In this document: positions 39,177 through 49,218 of the stretch, in pieces | Position numbering within the stretch: position 1 is the stretch's first letter | Layout: every line of letters starts with the position of its first letter | Source of the DNA: Gemmatimonadota bacterium | Lineage (GTDB): Bacteria > Gemmatimonadota > Gemmatimonadetes > Palauibacterales > Palauibacteraceae | Direction: 5' to 3' | DNA: 64,000 nt | NCBI GenBank assembly: GCA_958295535.1 | Contig: OY282356.1 | Span: 810,593 to 874,592, forward strand | Notes under the pieces: model-generated | What the model was told of the DNA's origin: nothing | What the model saw: the letters and a program-made list of their open reading frames with translations, nothing else | Databases searched by the model: none | Program-made: the position numbers and the translations under genes

Positions 39177-40066
39177 GCGGCAGCTCTTCCCGAAGCCCTG
39201 GCGACTCCGGGCGGGACCGTCCTGGTTCCGGCGATAACCTTGCGGAAAGGGCCGGGCCTGCCGCCGAGCTTGGCAACGGCTCCGGCGACATGCCGCCAAG
39301 CGCCGCCAACGATCCGCGGCGCGGCGCGTCGGCTAGCGGGAACGGCAGCCTGTTGCGCGCGGAAGGACTCGTTCGGTCGTTCAAGAAGCGGCGCGTCGTC
39401 GACGATGTGGCGGTCGAAGTGCGCCAAGGGGAGATCGTGGGGTTGCTGGGGCCGAACGGGGCGGGGAAGACAACGACGTTCTACATGCTGGTGGGCCTGC
39501 TCAAGGCGGATGCCGGGAGCGTGTACATCGACAGCCAGAACATTACCCGTTGGCCGATGTACCGGCGGGCGCGCGCCGGACTCGGATACCTCCCGCAGGA
39601 GGCGTCCGTGTTCCAGAAGCTCACCGTGGAACAGAACATCATGGCGATTCTGGAAACGCTCAAGATCTCGCGGCAAGAGCGGCGCGACCGGCTGGAGCAG
39701 TTGCTCGGCGAACTGTCGCTCGAACCGCTGCGGCGGAGCAAAGCGTACTCGCTATCCGGCGGGGAACGCCGCCGGCTCGAAATCACCCGCGCGCTGGCGA
39801 TGCGTCCGAAATTCCTCCTTCTGGACGAACCCTTCACGGGCATAGACCCCATAGCGATCGACGAAATACAGCGAATCGTGCAGGAATTGACCGACAAGGG
39901 GTTGGGGATCCTGATAACCGACCACAATGTTCGCGAAACGCTGACAATCACGGATCGCGCGTATTTGCTCTTCGGGGGCATGATCCTTGTGGAAGGCCCC
40001 GCGGACGACCTTGTCAACGACCGTGTGGCTCGGTCGCTATACTTGGGGGAGGACTTCAGACTGTAG
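39173..40066 (+). CDS. lptB: LPS export ABC transporter ATP-binding protein LptB
   Basis: [16 protein letters not shown] (Walker A), [11 protein letters not shown] (signature), [12 protein letters not shown] (Walker B), [10 protein letters not shown]. The start is uncertain: GTG 39173 (GTGA overlap) or ATG 39290. Confidence 0.9.
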   Translation: MSGSSSRSPGDSGRDRPGSGDNLAERAGPAAELGNGSGDMPPSAANDPRRGASASGNGSLLRAEGLVRSFKKRRVVDDVAVEVRQGEIVGLLGPNGAGKTTTFYMLVGLLKADAGSVYIDSQNITRWPMYRRARAGLGYLPQEASVFQKLTVEQNIMAILETLKISRQERRDRLEQLLGELSLEPLRRSKAYSLSGGERRRLEITRALAMRPKFLLLDEPFTGIDPIAIDEIQRIVQELTDKGLGILITDHNVRETLTITDRAYLLFGGMILVEGPADDLVNDRVARSLYLGEDFRL

Positions 40067-40269
40067 TCGGCAAGATGTCCGTTCGCGTCCCGACACTGCG
40101 CGCCGAGGGGGCTGCGGACGTCGGAGCGCGGACCGCCGCGGCGTCGGCGCCCGGCCGATATTCCGCCTGCCGGGTCACGCCGGCCATGCGCGTATCCGTG
40201 GCATTGTCGCCGCTACAACAGTGGAATTCCCAGGGCGCTAGACAGCTGGAGGCTGGGGAAGGAGAGGGG

Positions 40270-41739
40270 ATGACGCCGAGAGAGGTTGGCACGCAGCGGC
40301 ACGGCATGGCCGCCGATCTCGGTATGCGCCAGGAGATCCGAGCCAATCCGCGCTTGTACCAGGCGATGGATATCCTCTATATGCCGCTCGCAAGCTTGGA
40401 GCGGCGAATGAAGCAGGAGAAAAACGACAATCCCTTCCTCGAGATTGTCGAGCCGGACGAAGACGCCTTCGCAGGAGAGGAACGGGAGGCGGCGGACGCC
40501 GGCGGCGACGCGGATGATCCGGGCGACGATATCGAACAGGAAGACGCCCTATACTACGACGTGGATCCGGACGGCGAGAGACAGTGGGAGACTCGTGGCG
40601 GTACCGATGGTCCCACGCGGGAAGTGGTCGCGAGGCCGACCCTGCGAGAGGCTCTCGAGCGCCAGTTTCGACTGGAGAAGCTCGACGCTCGACAGACTCT
40701 GATTGGCGAACAGATACTCGACAGCATCGACAGTAGCGGTTTCCTGTCACGCCCTTTGGCGGACATTGGCGCCGCGGCCGGCGAAGTTATCCAGAATGAG
40801 GATGTCGAGGCCCGGCCCGTAAGTCCGGAGGAAGTGGCGGAAGCGCTCGCCGTAGTTCAGAGTTTCGATCCTAACGGCGTTGCCGCGCGGGATTTGCGCG
40901 ACACCTTCTTGATTCAACTGCGCAACAAGGGAGAGCGGCAGTCGCTGGCGTACGAAATTGTCCGCGACCATTGGGAAGCTGTGATAGAAGGGCGCTGGGG
41001 CGAACTGGAGCGCGAGTGCGATGTAGCTCGCGAAGCCATTGTCTCCGCCCGCGACGCGGTCGACAAGCTGGACCGCCGGCCGGGCCTGAAGTATGCGAGC
41101 GAGTTCGGCGCGTATGTCGTGCCGGATATGGAAGTGAGGAAGCTGAACGGAGGTTATCGGATCATGCATAACGATTCGATGCTTCCGCGCCTGACGCTGT
41201 CGCGGCGCTATATGGATATGCTTGGCGACGGAAAGTTCGAAGGGGAGGACAGGAAGTTCGTACAACGGAATCTTGACAAGGCGAATTGGATTATCAAAGC
41301 CGTGGAACAGCGTCGCCAGACTATGCTCGACGTCATGAGTTTCATTGTCAAGAGCCAGAGAAGCTATTTCGAGAAGGGTATCGAGCATTTGCAGCCGCTG
41401 ACGTTGGGCGATGTGGCCAAGCGTCTTGGCGTGCACCAGTCTACCGTGTCGCGCGCGACAAACGGGAAATATGTACAGACGCCGGCGGGCGATGTCGTTC
41501 CGCTGAAGCTTTTTTTTTCGGGCGGTTACGCGAAAGATGACGGCTCTCTGGTGTCTGCGCGGTCGGTAAAGGCGTGGATCAAAGAGCTGATAGACAGCGA
41601 AGATCCGGCGTCGCCGGTCAGCGACCTGGCGATTGCGCAGCTACTGGAGAAGAAGGGCGTCAGAATAGCGCGCCGCACGGTTGCCAAGTATCGTGGGCAG
41701 CTCATGATTCCGTCGTCGCGGATGCGGAAGGCGATATGA
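40270..41739 (+). CDS. rpoN: RNA polymerase sigma-54 factor
   Basis: Region I-like LGMRQEIRANPRLYQAMDILYMP...NDNPFLE, an acidic region II, the HTH, and the RpoN box ARRTVAKYR near the C-terminus. GGAGAGGGG lies before ATG 40270. Confidence 0.95.
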   Translation: MTPREVGTQRHGMAADLGMRQEIRANPRLYQAMDILYMPLASLERRMKQEKNDNPFLEIVEPDEDAFAGEEREAADAGGDADDPGDDIEQEDALYYDVDPDGERQWETRGGTDGPTREVVARPTLREALERQFRLEKLDARQTLIGEQILDSIDSSGFLSRPLADIGAAAGEVIQNEDVEARPVSPEEVAEALAVVQSFDPNGVAARDLRDTFLIQLRNKGERQSLAYEIVRDHWEAVIEGRWGELERECDVAREAIVSARDAVDKLDRRPGLKYASEFGAYVVPDMEVRKLNGGYRIMHNDSMLPRLTLSRRYMDMLGDGKFEGEDRKFVQRNLDKANWIIKAVEQRRQTMLDVMSFIVKSQRSYFEKGIEHLQPLTLGDVAKRLGVHQSTVSRATNGKYVQTPAGDVVPLKLFFSGGYAKDDGSLVSARSVKAWIKELIDSEDPASPVSDLAIAQLLEKKGVRIARRTVAKYRGQLMIPSSRMRKAI

Positions 41740-42671
41740 CGAGCGGCGCCCCTCGCGTGTCGATCATCGTGCCCGCGTACGACGAAGCCGACAATATGCC
41801 CGAGCTGTTCGCCGAGCTGGCCGAGACATTCTCCAAGCACGACTTCTCGGCGGAAGTCGTCGTCGTCGATGACGGATCGGCGGATGGCACGGCGCTGGCT
41901 GCGGAAAGCGCGGCATCGAATGCCGGCCTGGAAGATGTCGTGGTGCTGCAGCACCGAAGAAACCTCGGCAAGACGGAGGCGGTGCTGACGGCGTCGGACG
42001 AGGCGCGCGGGGAGCACCTGGTTCTATTCGATGCGGACCTGCAACACGATACGGACGAGATACCGCGCTTCGCCGCGATGTTGGATGACGGTTACGATGT
42101 GGCCGTCGGTCGCAAGGTGGGGCGCTACCAGAAACAGTTCGTCTCGTCGATCTACAACTGGTTCGCCCGCGCGATCTTTCGAGTCCCGGTTCGGGATCTG
42201 AACGCGATGAAGGCGTTTCGGGCGGATGTGCTGAAGGGACTCTCTCTTCGGCACGACTGGCACCGGTACTTAGTCGTGCTCGCGCACGCGGAGGGATACC
42301 GGATAGGGGAGCTGGACATCGCCTTGCGTCCGAGACGCCATGGAAAGCCGAAGTTCTCGGGCAGCGGCAGGATCGTGGTCGGCACCTTCGACTTGCTGGC
42401 GGTGTGGTTCCAACTGGTGGCCGGGCGGAAACCGCTCCTCTTCTTCGGCGCCACCGGCCTCGGGCTTGTCGCATCCGGCATAGCGACGGGGTTGGTGGCC
42501 GTGGTGCTCCGTCTGGCGTTCGGCCTCGGTTTCCGTCCCTTGCTGACACTCGTCGTGCTCCTGGTGGTCGCCGGACTGCTCCTCTTCATGCTGGGCTTGG
42601 TCGCGGAGCTGATAGCCCAGCTTCGAGACGAGGTCGAGATCCTCAAACGGGACCGGTGTGACCGCGGGTGA
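41736..42671 (+). CDS. GT2 polyprenyl-phosphate glycosyltransferase (ArnC/GtrB/DPM-synthase-like) with C-terminal TM helices
   Basis: VSIIVPAYDEADNM...VVVVDDGSADGT...LFDADLQHD (DxD), then two hydrophobic helices at the C-terminus. The ATG overlaps the rpoN stop (ATGA). Confidence 0.8.
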   Translation: MTSGAPRVSIIVPAYDEADNMPELFAELAETFSKHDFSAEVVVVDDGSADGTALAAESAASNAGLEDVVVLQHRRNLGKTEAVLTASDEARGEHLVLFDADLQHDTDEIPRFAAMLDDGYDVAVGRKVGRYQKQFVSSIYNWFARAIFRVPVRDLNAMKAFRADVLKGLSLRHDWHRYLVVLAHAEGYRIGELDIALRPRRHGKPKFSGSGRIVVGTFDLLAVWFQLVAGRKPLLFFGATGLGLVASGIATGLVAVVLRLAFGLGFRPLLTLVVLLVVAGLLLFMLGLVAELIAQLRDEVEILKRDRCDRG

Positions 42672-43900
42672 GAGTGGTTCATGTCGTCACCGCATTTCCG
42701 CGCCACGAGGGAGATGTCATCACGCCATGGTTGGTGCGGTTGCTGCTCGGACTCCGCGACGCCGGCGTCGATGCGGCGGTCCTGGCGCCGGCGTACCGGG
42801 GTGGCGGAGCGACCGAGTGGCGCGGCATCCCGGTGCGGAGGTTCCGCTACGCGCCGTCGTTTCTCGAGACGTTGACCCACGACCAGACCGTGCCTGACAG
42901 GTTGCGCTCCCGCCCCTGGGCGGCCGGACTTCTCCCGGCGTACATGGCGGGAGGGAGCGTTGCGTCGGTTCGCATGGGCGTAGCGGAACCTCCCGATGTG
43001 GTGCATGTCCACTGGCCCGTGCCGCACGCATGGTTCGGCGGCATCGCGCGGGCGGTCACGGACGGTTCCGCGGCGCTGGTCTCCACCTTCTACTCGGTGG
43101 AGATTCGCTGGATAGAGCGCCGGCTGCCGTGGGCGCTGCCCCTCCTTCGCTGGTCGGTCGAAGCATCGGATGCGGTGACCGCCATCTCGTCCTCGACCGC
43201 TGCCGCCCTCGGGCGGTACACCGGTCGCGATGTGCCGGTAATCCCCTTTAGCGCCTCGCTGTCGGCGACTCGAAGCGGTGCGGGGGCGGCGGTCGCCGCC
43301 GGCGCCGGACGGCTGCGAATACTCTTCGTGGGCCGTCTCGTCGAGCGCAAGGGCGTACCGGCGCTGATCCGGGCGTTGGCTCTGGTTCGAGAACGGCTGG
43401 ATGCCACGCTGGAGATCATCGGTGATGGGGAGTCGGCCGCGCAGCTGCGCTCCGAAGCCGAGCGGGCCGGGGTCGCTGCCGCGGTCGCCTTCCGGGGCCA
43501 AGTGGATGAGCGAGCGCTTCAGGAAGCGTACGAGAGGGCGGAGCTTCTCGTCCTTCCGGCCGTGGTCGACAGCAAGGGGGACACGGAGGGCCTTGGAGTC
43601 GTTCTCCTCGAAGCGCTCGAGTTCGGGCTGCCGGTGGTGGCGTCCGAGGTCGGCGGCATTCCCGACATCATCCGTCACCGCGAGACGGGACTACTGGTTC
43701 CGCCGGGAGAACCAGCTTCGCTTGCGGAGGCGATCCTCGAGGTGGCTGCCGATCCAGGCGCGGCGCGAGAGCGAGCCCGCCGAGGCCGGCGAGAGGTCCG
43801 CGAGCGCTTCGGGATGCAGGGCATAGTGGATCGCCTCATGGAGTGCTACCGGGACGCCATGGCCGCGCGACGCGGAGAAACGAGATGCGCCGTCCCGTGA
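42668..43900 (+). CDS. GT4-type (GT-B, RfaG-like) glycosyltransferase
   Basis: MRVVHVVTAFPRHEGD..., C-terminal EGLGVVLLEALEFGLPVVASEVGGIPDII...GLLVPPG (E-x7-E motif). GTG overlaps the upstream stop. Confidence 0.85.
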   Translation: MRVVHVVTAFPRHEGDVITPWLVRLLLGLRDAGVDAAVLAPAYRGGGATEWRGIPVRRFRYAPSFLETLTHDQTVPDRLRSRPWAAGLLPAYMAGGSVASVRMGVAEPPDVVHVHWPVPHAWFGGIARAVTDGSAALVSTFYSVEIRWIERRLPWALPLLRWSVEASDAVTAISSSTAAALGRYTGRDVPVIPFSASLSATRSGAGAAVAAGAGRLRILFVGRLVERKGVPALIRALALVRERLDATLEIIGDGESAAQLRSEAERAGVAAAVAFRGQVDERALQEAYERAELLVLPAVVDSKGDTEGLGVVLLEALEFGLPVVASEVGGIPDIIRHRETGLLVPPGEPASLAEAILEVAADPGAARERARRGRREVRERFGMQGIVDRLMECYRDAMAARRGETRCAVP

Positions 43901-43978
43901 ATCCCGCGCTCGTTCCCCATTCCCCTGCGGCGCCGCCTTGGCTCCGCGCTCCCCGCGAACGCCGCCGGTCTCGTCCGG

Positions 43979-44090
43979 CGACCTTCGCTCGCGCCGTGGC
44001 AGCGGGGCTTGTGCGCGGGTCTCGCAAACGGCCTCTAGGGCGCGGTCATCCATGACTTTCGCTCGCGCCGCGGCGGGGCTGGCGCTGCTG
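43979..44090. repeat. 74-nt-period duplication of the 5' end of the GT-C gene
   Basis: GACCTTCGCTCGCGCCGTGGCAGCGGGGCTTGTGCGC (43980) versus GACTTTCGCTCGCGCCGCGGCGGGGCTGGCGCTGC (44054, directly after the ATG at 44052). Confidence 0.8.
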
Positions 44091-45560
44091 CACATCCTGC
44101 TCGGGCTACTCGTCTTCGAGCCGGTGCTGAACCGCGGCGGCGACAACGCCCTGTATCTGATTCTCGGCGATGCGTTACGGAGCGGGGATGGATACCGCGA
44201 CCTTCACCTGCCCGGGACGCCGCTCCACACCAAGTATCCTCCGCTGCTGCCGCTCCTCCTGGCAGGAGTCGGCTGGGCGGGCGTCGGCGCGGCGAAGATC
44301 GCGATGCTTCTCCTCTCGGGGACGCTCGTATGGACCGCCGCTCTCATGGCCCGTACCGTCGCGGGAGACCGGACGGCCCTGCTCTTGGCCGGCGCGTTGG
44401 CGGCGAATCCGACTCTTCTGGAGTACGGACACTACATTCTGAGCGAGGTGCCGTTCACCCTTCTCGTCGTAGCCGCGCTGTGGCTGGCGAACCGCGAGAC
44501 GCCCCGGAGCGCCGGGCTGGCGATGTTCGCGGCCGCCGGGGCGTTCGCCACTCGCTCGGCCGGCTTGGCCATCCTTCTCGCGCTACCGGCGGCCTGGCTG
44601 CTTCAGCGCCGTTTCCGCAGGGCGGCCGTATCCGGCGCGGTTGCGGCCGCCACGCTCGGGGGTTGGACCATCTACCAGCGGTCGGCCGGTAGCGGCGGGA
44701 CAAGCTACTTGGAGCAGCTGCTGAGCGTCGATCCGTACGCGGCATCGGCCGGCACGGTGAACCTAGCCGGACTCGCTGGCCGCGCCGCCGAGAACTTCTG
44801 GGCTTACGCCAGCCGTGTCATGCCGCACACGGTGTTCGGTATCGAAGGCGAGGCGGCTGGCGGCGTAGCGGTCGTAGCAGGGCTGGCATTTGCGGCGGCC
44901 GCGGTGGTCGGGTGGACGATACGGACCCGTGCTCGCGCCGGCGCGCCCGAGGTGTTCGCCGTGCTCTACGCATCGCTGATCGCCGTCTGGCCGCCCGTGT
45001 GGACAGACCGCCGCTTTCTGCTTCCGATGCTGCCCGTGCTCCTCCTGTTCGCATTGACCGCCGCCGGAAAGCTGCCGTCGTCGTATGGCCGGTGGCTGAA
45101 GCCGGGAGTCGCGGCGTCGATCGCGTTATTCGGAGTTGCGTGGGTGATGAGCACGGCCCCCGGCCGCCTGGATTGCGTCGGCGCGTACCGGGACGGCCGC
45201 CCCTGCGAAGCGGCCAACTTTGCCAGCTTCTATTCGGCTGCGCGCTGGGCCCGCGACAACACGTCACCCGATGCGATCATTGCAAACAGGAAGCCAGGAT
45301 TTTTCTACTGGTATGGACGCCGGCGGGGAGATGTGTATCCGTACTCCAGCGACCCGGTGGCGGTCATGCGCGGCTTGGAGGGGATGGGCGCGGACTACGT
45401 GGTGGTCGACAGAGTCAGCCTCACCACGGACAGGTACCTGATCCCGGCGATGCGGGCCCATCCGAACCGTTTTCGACTCGTCTACGAAGGAGGCAATCCT
45501 CCAAGCGGGATATTCCGTCTTCTCCCGTCTCCGGCAAGCGCGCCGGCGGGCGATTCGTGA
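44052..45560 (+). CDS. GT-C fold membrane glycosyltransferase, ArnT/PMT-like (GT39/GT83-like)
   Basis: More than 10 TM helices. N-terminal loop GDNALYLILGDALRSGDGYRDLHLPGTPLHTKYPPLLPLLLA (D-containing first periplasmic loop plus a PPL motif typical of the family). Soluble C-terminal domain. Confidence 0.6.
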   Translation: MTFARAAAGLALLHILLGLLVFEPVLNRGGDNALYLILGDALRSGDGYRDLHLPGTPLHTKYPPLLPLLLAGVGWAGVGAAKIAMLLLSGTLVWTAALMARTVAGDRTALLLAGALAANPTLLEYGHYILSEVPFTLLVVAALWLANRETPRSAGLAMFAAAGAFATRSAGLAILLALPAAWLLQRRFRRAAVSGAVAAATLGGWTIYQRSAGSGGTSYLEQLLSVDPYAASAGTVNLAGLAGRAAENFWAYASRVMPHTVFGIEGEAAGGVAVVAGLAFAAAAVVGWTIRTRARAGAPEVFAVLYASLIAVWPPVWTDRRFLLPMLPVLLLFALTAAGKLPSSYGRWLKPGVAASIALFGVAWVMSTAPGRLDCVGAYRDGRPCEAANFASFYSAARWARDNTSPDAIIANRKPGFFYWYGRRRGDVYPYSSDPVAVMRGLEGMGADYVVVDRVSLTTDRYLIPAMRAHPNRFRLVYEGGNPPSGIFRLLPSPASAPAGDS

Positions 45561-45587
45561 TGGGCGGGCCGACTAGCCGAGATGCGG

Positions 45588-45675
45588 GCATCCGGCTGGC
45601 GTACAGTCCGCCGGACGCGCTTCGGCATCCGGATGGCGTACAATCCGCCGGACACGCTTCGACATCCGGAGGCGC
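45588..45675. repeat. 37-nt tandem repeat, about 2.3 copies, between the GT-C and YfhO-like genes
   Basis: GCATCCGGCTGGCGTACAGTCCGCCGGACGCGCTTCG / GCATCCGGATGGCGTACAATCCGCCGGACACGCTTCG / ACATCCGGAGGCG... Confidence 0.85.
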
Positions 45676-45717
45676 CCGTCCGCTCGGCCACGGTCGCCAA
45701 GTGAACGCGGGCTGAAG

Positions 45718-48192
45718 TTGAACGCTCGAGGCCGCGACGGCCGAGACTTCACGCTTTGGTGGTTCCTGGGCGGCGCGGCGGTGGTTTGCACGCTGTTCTA
45801 CCGGGATTTCATATTCCATCCGGAACGCCTGATCTTCGGCTCGGACATGCTCTTCGAGGGGATTTCGCTGCGGCGCTTCTACACGGACGAAATCCTGGCG
45901 GGCCGCGGCGTGCCCATGTGGGTGCCGCACGTATATGGCGGGATGCCATTCGTGGGGTTGCTGCCCGGGCCGATCTTCTACCCGACCACGCTCCTGTACC
46001 TGCTGATGCCGTTGCACCGCGCCATCGGCTGGACATTCGTCATGCACACCTTCCTGGGCGGCGCGTTCGGCTACTTTCTGGCGCGCTCGTTTCGGTTGCG
46101 GCCATCTTCGGCGGTCGTGTGCGGCGGCGCGTTCATGCTCACCGGCTACGTCACCTCCCACCTCTGGGGAGGACAGGACGGACGCATGTTCGGCATGGTT
46201 CTGATCCCGCTCGCGCTCGGCTGCCTGAACCGCGGGCTCGAGAGCGGGAAAGCCCGGTGGTTCTGCGGAGTGGCCTTCGCGATCGCCGCGCAGACATTCA
46301 CTCCTCACACCCAGGTGATGTACTTCTCGTCTCTAGCGTTGGCTCTCCTGTTTCTCTTCCACATCGTTTTCCGAATTCCGCGAGACAGGGGACGAGCGAC
46401 GCGGGACAGGGAACGAACTCCGCGGGACAGGGGACGAACTCCGCGGGGAGACGAACAGGCTGGAGGCCGCGATCGGAGCGGACGGGGAGATCGAGCGTCC
46501 CCGGGCGACCGGAGAAGAGCTGCGCTGAAGCCGTATCTGAAGCCTGTCGCCGGCTTCGGTCTGGCGGTTGCCGGCGCCGTAGCGCTGAGCGGCCCCCAGC
46601 TCTTCCCGACGCTCGCGTTGCTTGGGAGCGTAACGAGGGTCAGCGGGGGCGCCGGGTACGAATTTGCCGCCTCCTTCGCGCTGCCCCCGCAAGAGCTGAC
46701 GGCGTTCTTCCTCCCCGACCTCGTGAGTTCGCTCCCCGGCTCGTATTGGGGATCGAATCCTCTCAAGCTGCACACCGAGTATCTCGGCTCGGTGCCGATC
46801 GCCCTGGCGATCGTGGGCGTAGCGGCTGGATTCGGACGAGGCGCTCCGCTGTCGCAGCGCCGCGTAATCCGGTTTCTGGCGGCGGCCAGCGTGCTGGGCG
46901 TCCTCTTCGCCATGGGGGACAAGACGCCGGTCCACCGTATCGCGTACTACACGCTGCCGCTGATGGACAGCTTGCGGGCGCCTGCCATGATGATAGGGCC
47001 GGTGACCGTGTTCGTCTCGCTCCTGGCGGCGTATGGCTGGGAGGCGGCGCTGCGGTCCAGATCGGGGGAGGACATTCGGATCTCCTGGCCGGCGCTCGGT
47101 CTCCTTGGGGGGCCGCTTCTTCTGCTTGGCGCGGCTGCCGCGGTCAATCCGCAGGGCCTGCTGAACTTTGCGGTGGCGTCGTGGTACCCCGAGGGTTGGC
47201 CGCGCCGGCCCGACCCCGCTCTCGCATCTGCGCTGCGCGCGAACGGTCTGTTGCTGCTGGCGGGTTTCGCCGTCTCGTGGATCGCGTGCTGGACGGTCGC
47301 GCGGCGGAGGATCGGATCGTGGGCGGTCGCGGCGGTGGTAGTCGTCGGCGTCGCGGATCTCTGGCGCGTCGATGAGCGCTATCTGGTCGTGGCCGACGCG
47401 TCTCCCCAACTCGCGCCGGACGGGATAATGACGACGCTCGCCGAAGTGGCTGGTCCGGGGGAGCGGGTGTGGGCTCCGAATTTGGCCGGCGCCCCTCGCA
47501 ACTACCGGCCCAACGAGTTGACGTATCACGGTGTTTCCTCGGCGGCGGGGCTGCAGAAGTTCCTGCTTGATCCGTACGCGCGGCTGATCGGAGGATCCCC
47601 CGAGGAGGGCCTGATTCGTTATCCCGAGGCTCGCGAACTGTTGAATGTGCGCTACGTAATAATGCCCGGGCGGCAGGAGGGCGTGGAGTCGGTGGCGGAA
47701 GCGTCCGGCAGGAACCTGTACGCGTTCCCGCCGGGCGCCGGGTACGCCTACTTTCCGGCTGGCATCACGGAGGCGCCGGACAGCTCGGCGGCGCTGGCCG
47801 AAGTTCGCCGGAACGGCGACTTCCCGGCCATGTCCATAGTCGAAGAGAGGCCGGGCTTCGCTCCGCCGGAGGCGGGGCGGGGAAGCGCGGCGGTGGTGCG
47901 GTACGAGCCGGACTTCATCGAGCTGGATGTCGTGGCGGAGAAGGCCGGGCTGCTCGTGGTCAGCGAGCTGCACGACCCCGGCTGGCGAGCGTTCGTGGAT
48001 GGAGACGAGCGGGATGTGTGGCGCGCCAATGCGGCGCTTCGCGGCGTCGTCGTCCCGGAGGGACGGCACCGGCTCGTCTTCGAGTACCGGAGCCGGTCCT
48101 TCGCGTTAGGCGTGTGGACGTGCTTTGCCGCCCTCGGCCTAGCCGGCGCGGGATTGGCGCGATCGTGTCTCAGGTCGCGGCGCGGCAGCTGA
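45718..48192 (+). CDS. YfhO-like GT-C family membrane protein (824 aa)
   Basis: N-terminus FYRDFIFHPERLIFGSDMLFEGISLRRFYTDEILAGRGVPMWVPHVYGGMPF resembles the YfhO signature (G-D...W-P...GG-P). Many TM helices and a large C-terminal extracytoplasmic domain. Confidence 0.6.
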   Translation: MNARGRDGRDFTLWWFLGGAAVVCTLFYRDFIFHPERLIFGSDMLFEGISLRRFYTDEILAGRGVPMWVPHVYGGMPFVGLLPGPIFYPTTLLYLLMPLHRAIGWTFVMHTFLGGAFGYFLARSFRLRPSSAVVCGGAFMLTGYVTSHLWGGQDGRMFGMVLIPLALGCLNRGLESGKARWFCGVAFAIAAQTFTPHTQVMYFSSLALALLFLFHIVFRIPRDRGRATRDRERTPRDRGRTPRGDEQAGGRDRSGRGDRASPGDRRRAALKPYLKPVAGFGLAVAGAVALSGPQLFPTLALLGSVTRVSGGAGYEFAASFALPPQELTAFFLPDLVSSLPGSYWGSNPLKLHTEYLGSVPIALAIVGVAAGFGRGAPLSQRRVIRFLAAASVLGVLFAMGDKTPVHRIAYYTLPLMDSLRAPAMMIGPVTVFVSLLAAYGWEAALRSRSGEDIRISWPALGLLGGPLLLLGAAAAVNPQGLLNFAVASWYPEGWPRRPDPALASALRANGLLLLAGFAVSWIACWTVARRRIGSWAVAAVVVVGVADLWRVDERYLVVADASPQLAPDGIMTTLAEVAGPGERVWAPNLAGAPRNYRPNELTYHGVSSAAGLQKFLLDPYARLIGGSPEEGLIRYPEARELLNVRYVIMPGRQEGVESVAEASGRNLYAFPPGAGYAYFPAGITEAPDSSAALAEVRRNGDFPAMSIVEERPGFAPPEAGRGSAAVVRYEPDFIELDVVAEKAGLLVVSELHDPGWRAFVDGDERDVWRANAALRGVVVPEGRHRLVFEYRSRSFALGVWTCFAALGLAGAGLARSCLRSRRGS
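46379..46460 (+). repeat. 21-nt in-frame tandem repeat x3.5 encoding an Arg/Asp-rich loop
   Basis: CGCGAGACAGGGGACGAGCGA / CGCGGGACAGGGAACGAACTC / CGCGGGACAGGGGACGAACTC / CGCGGGGAGACGAAC, translating to RDRGRAT RDRERTP RDRGRTP RGDEQ. Confidence 0.85.
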
Positions 48193-48194
48193 CG

Positions 48195-49214
48195 ATGTGC
48201 GCGAGCAGCCGCGAGACCACAAGCCGCCGTTCCGGTGTCGCGGCGCCGCGCGCTGCCACCTTGGCCGCGGCGGCGTTCCTGCTCGCCGCGCTAGTCGCCG
48301 TCGGACTGGCCCTGTCGGGCAGCTGGGGCGAATGGCCGGCCATCCAGGCGGCAGCCGGGCACGGCTGGCGAATCAGGCCGCTGTATTTGGCGACAGCCCT
48401 GGTCTGCGCCGCGACCGCCCTGCTTTGCAGCGGCGCCGTCTGGGGCGCTCTCTTTCGCGCCGGGGGCGGCGAGATGGACAGGCGCGAAGCGGTTGCCGCG
48501 TGGATCGGCTCGAATCTGGGGCGCTACCTGCCCGGCAAGGTATGGCAAGTTGCGGGCTTGGTCGGGTACGTCCGCTCGCGCGGCGGGCCGGGAGCGGCCG
48601 CGCTTTCCGCGCTCCTCGTCAGCCAGGCGTCGCTGCTGTCCGTCGCCGCGGCGGCGAGCCTAGCGACTCTGGGCGCCGCGGCGTTCGCCGGCATGGGGCC
48701 ATGGGCGGCCGTGCTCGGGGTTCTGGGAGTCGCCGCGGCGTTCGCGCCCCCCGTGTTGCGCGCCGCGGTTCGCCTGGGCGCGCGGCTGCTGCGCGAACCT
48801 GCCGGCTCCGCCGCCATTTCCGCATCCTACGGCTTGAGAACATCGGGCCGGACGGCCGCCGCGAGCCTGCTGGTCTGGTGCCTGCACGGCCTCGGGTTCT
48901 GGTTCTTGATCAAGGGGCTCGTGGCCGAGATCCCCGTCGGCCCGTCCGAGGCGGCGGGCGTGTACGCGGCGGCCTACCTGGCAGGCTACCTCGCCTTGAT
49001 AGCGCCCGGCGGCATTGTCGTGCGGGAGGGAGCGATCGTAACCCTCCTGGGTCTGGTTGCTTCGGTGCCGCCCGGTCCGGCGGCGGCGTTGGCGCTCGCC
49101 GCCCGCATCTGGTCCACGTGCGCCGAGGTTGCGGCGTTCGGAGCCGCGGCGGCCGTGGCGGGGCTAGCCGCGCGGCGGCCCGGGGGATGCCCCGGGGCCG
49201 TGGTCGATCGGTAG
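48195..49214 (+). CDS. UPF0104 / LPG-synthase-TM (flippase-like) membrane protein
   Basis: Polytopic protein with the SNLGRYLPGKVWQVAGL motif typical of the lysylphosphatidylglycerol-synthase TM domain family. The ATG lies 3 nt after the YfhO stop. Confidence 0.6.
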   Translation: MCASSRETTSRRSGVAAPRAATLAAAAFLLAALVAVGLALSGSWGEWPAIQAAAGHGWRIRPLYLATALVCAATALLCSGAVWGALFRAGGGEMDRREAVAAWIGSNLGRYLPGKVWQVAGLVGYVRSRGGPGAAALSALLVSQASLLSVAAAASLATLGAAAFAGMGPWAAVLGVLGVAAAFAPPVLRAAVRLGARLLREPAGSAAISASYGLRTSGRTAAASLLVWCLHGLGFWFLIKGLVAEIPVGPSEAAGVYAAAYLAGYLALIAPGGIVVREGAIVTLLGLVASVPPGPAAALALAARIWSTCAEVAAFGAAAAVAGLAARRPGGCPGAVVDR

Positions 49215-49218
49215 CTCC

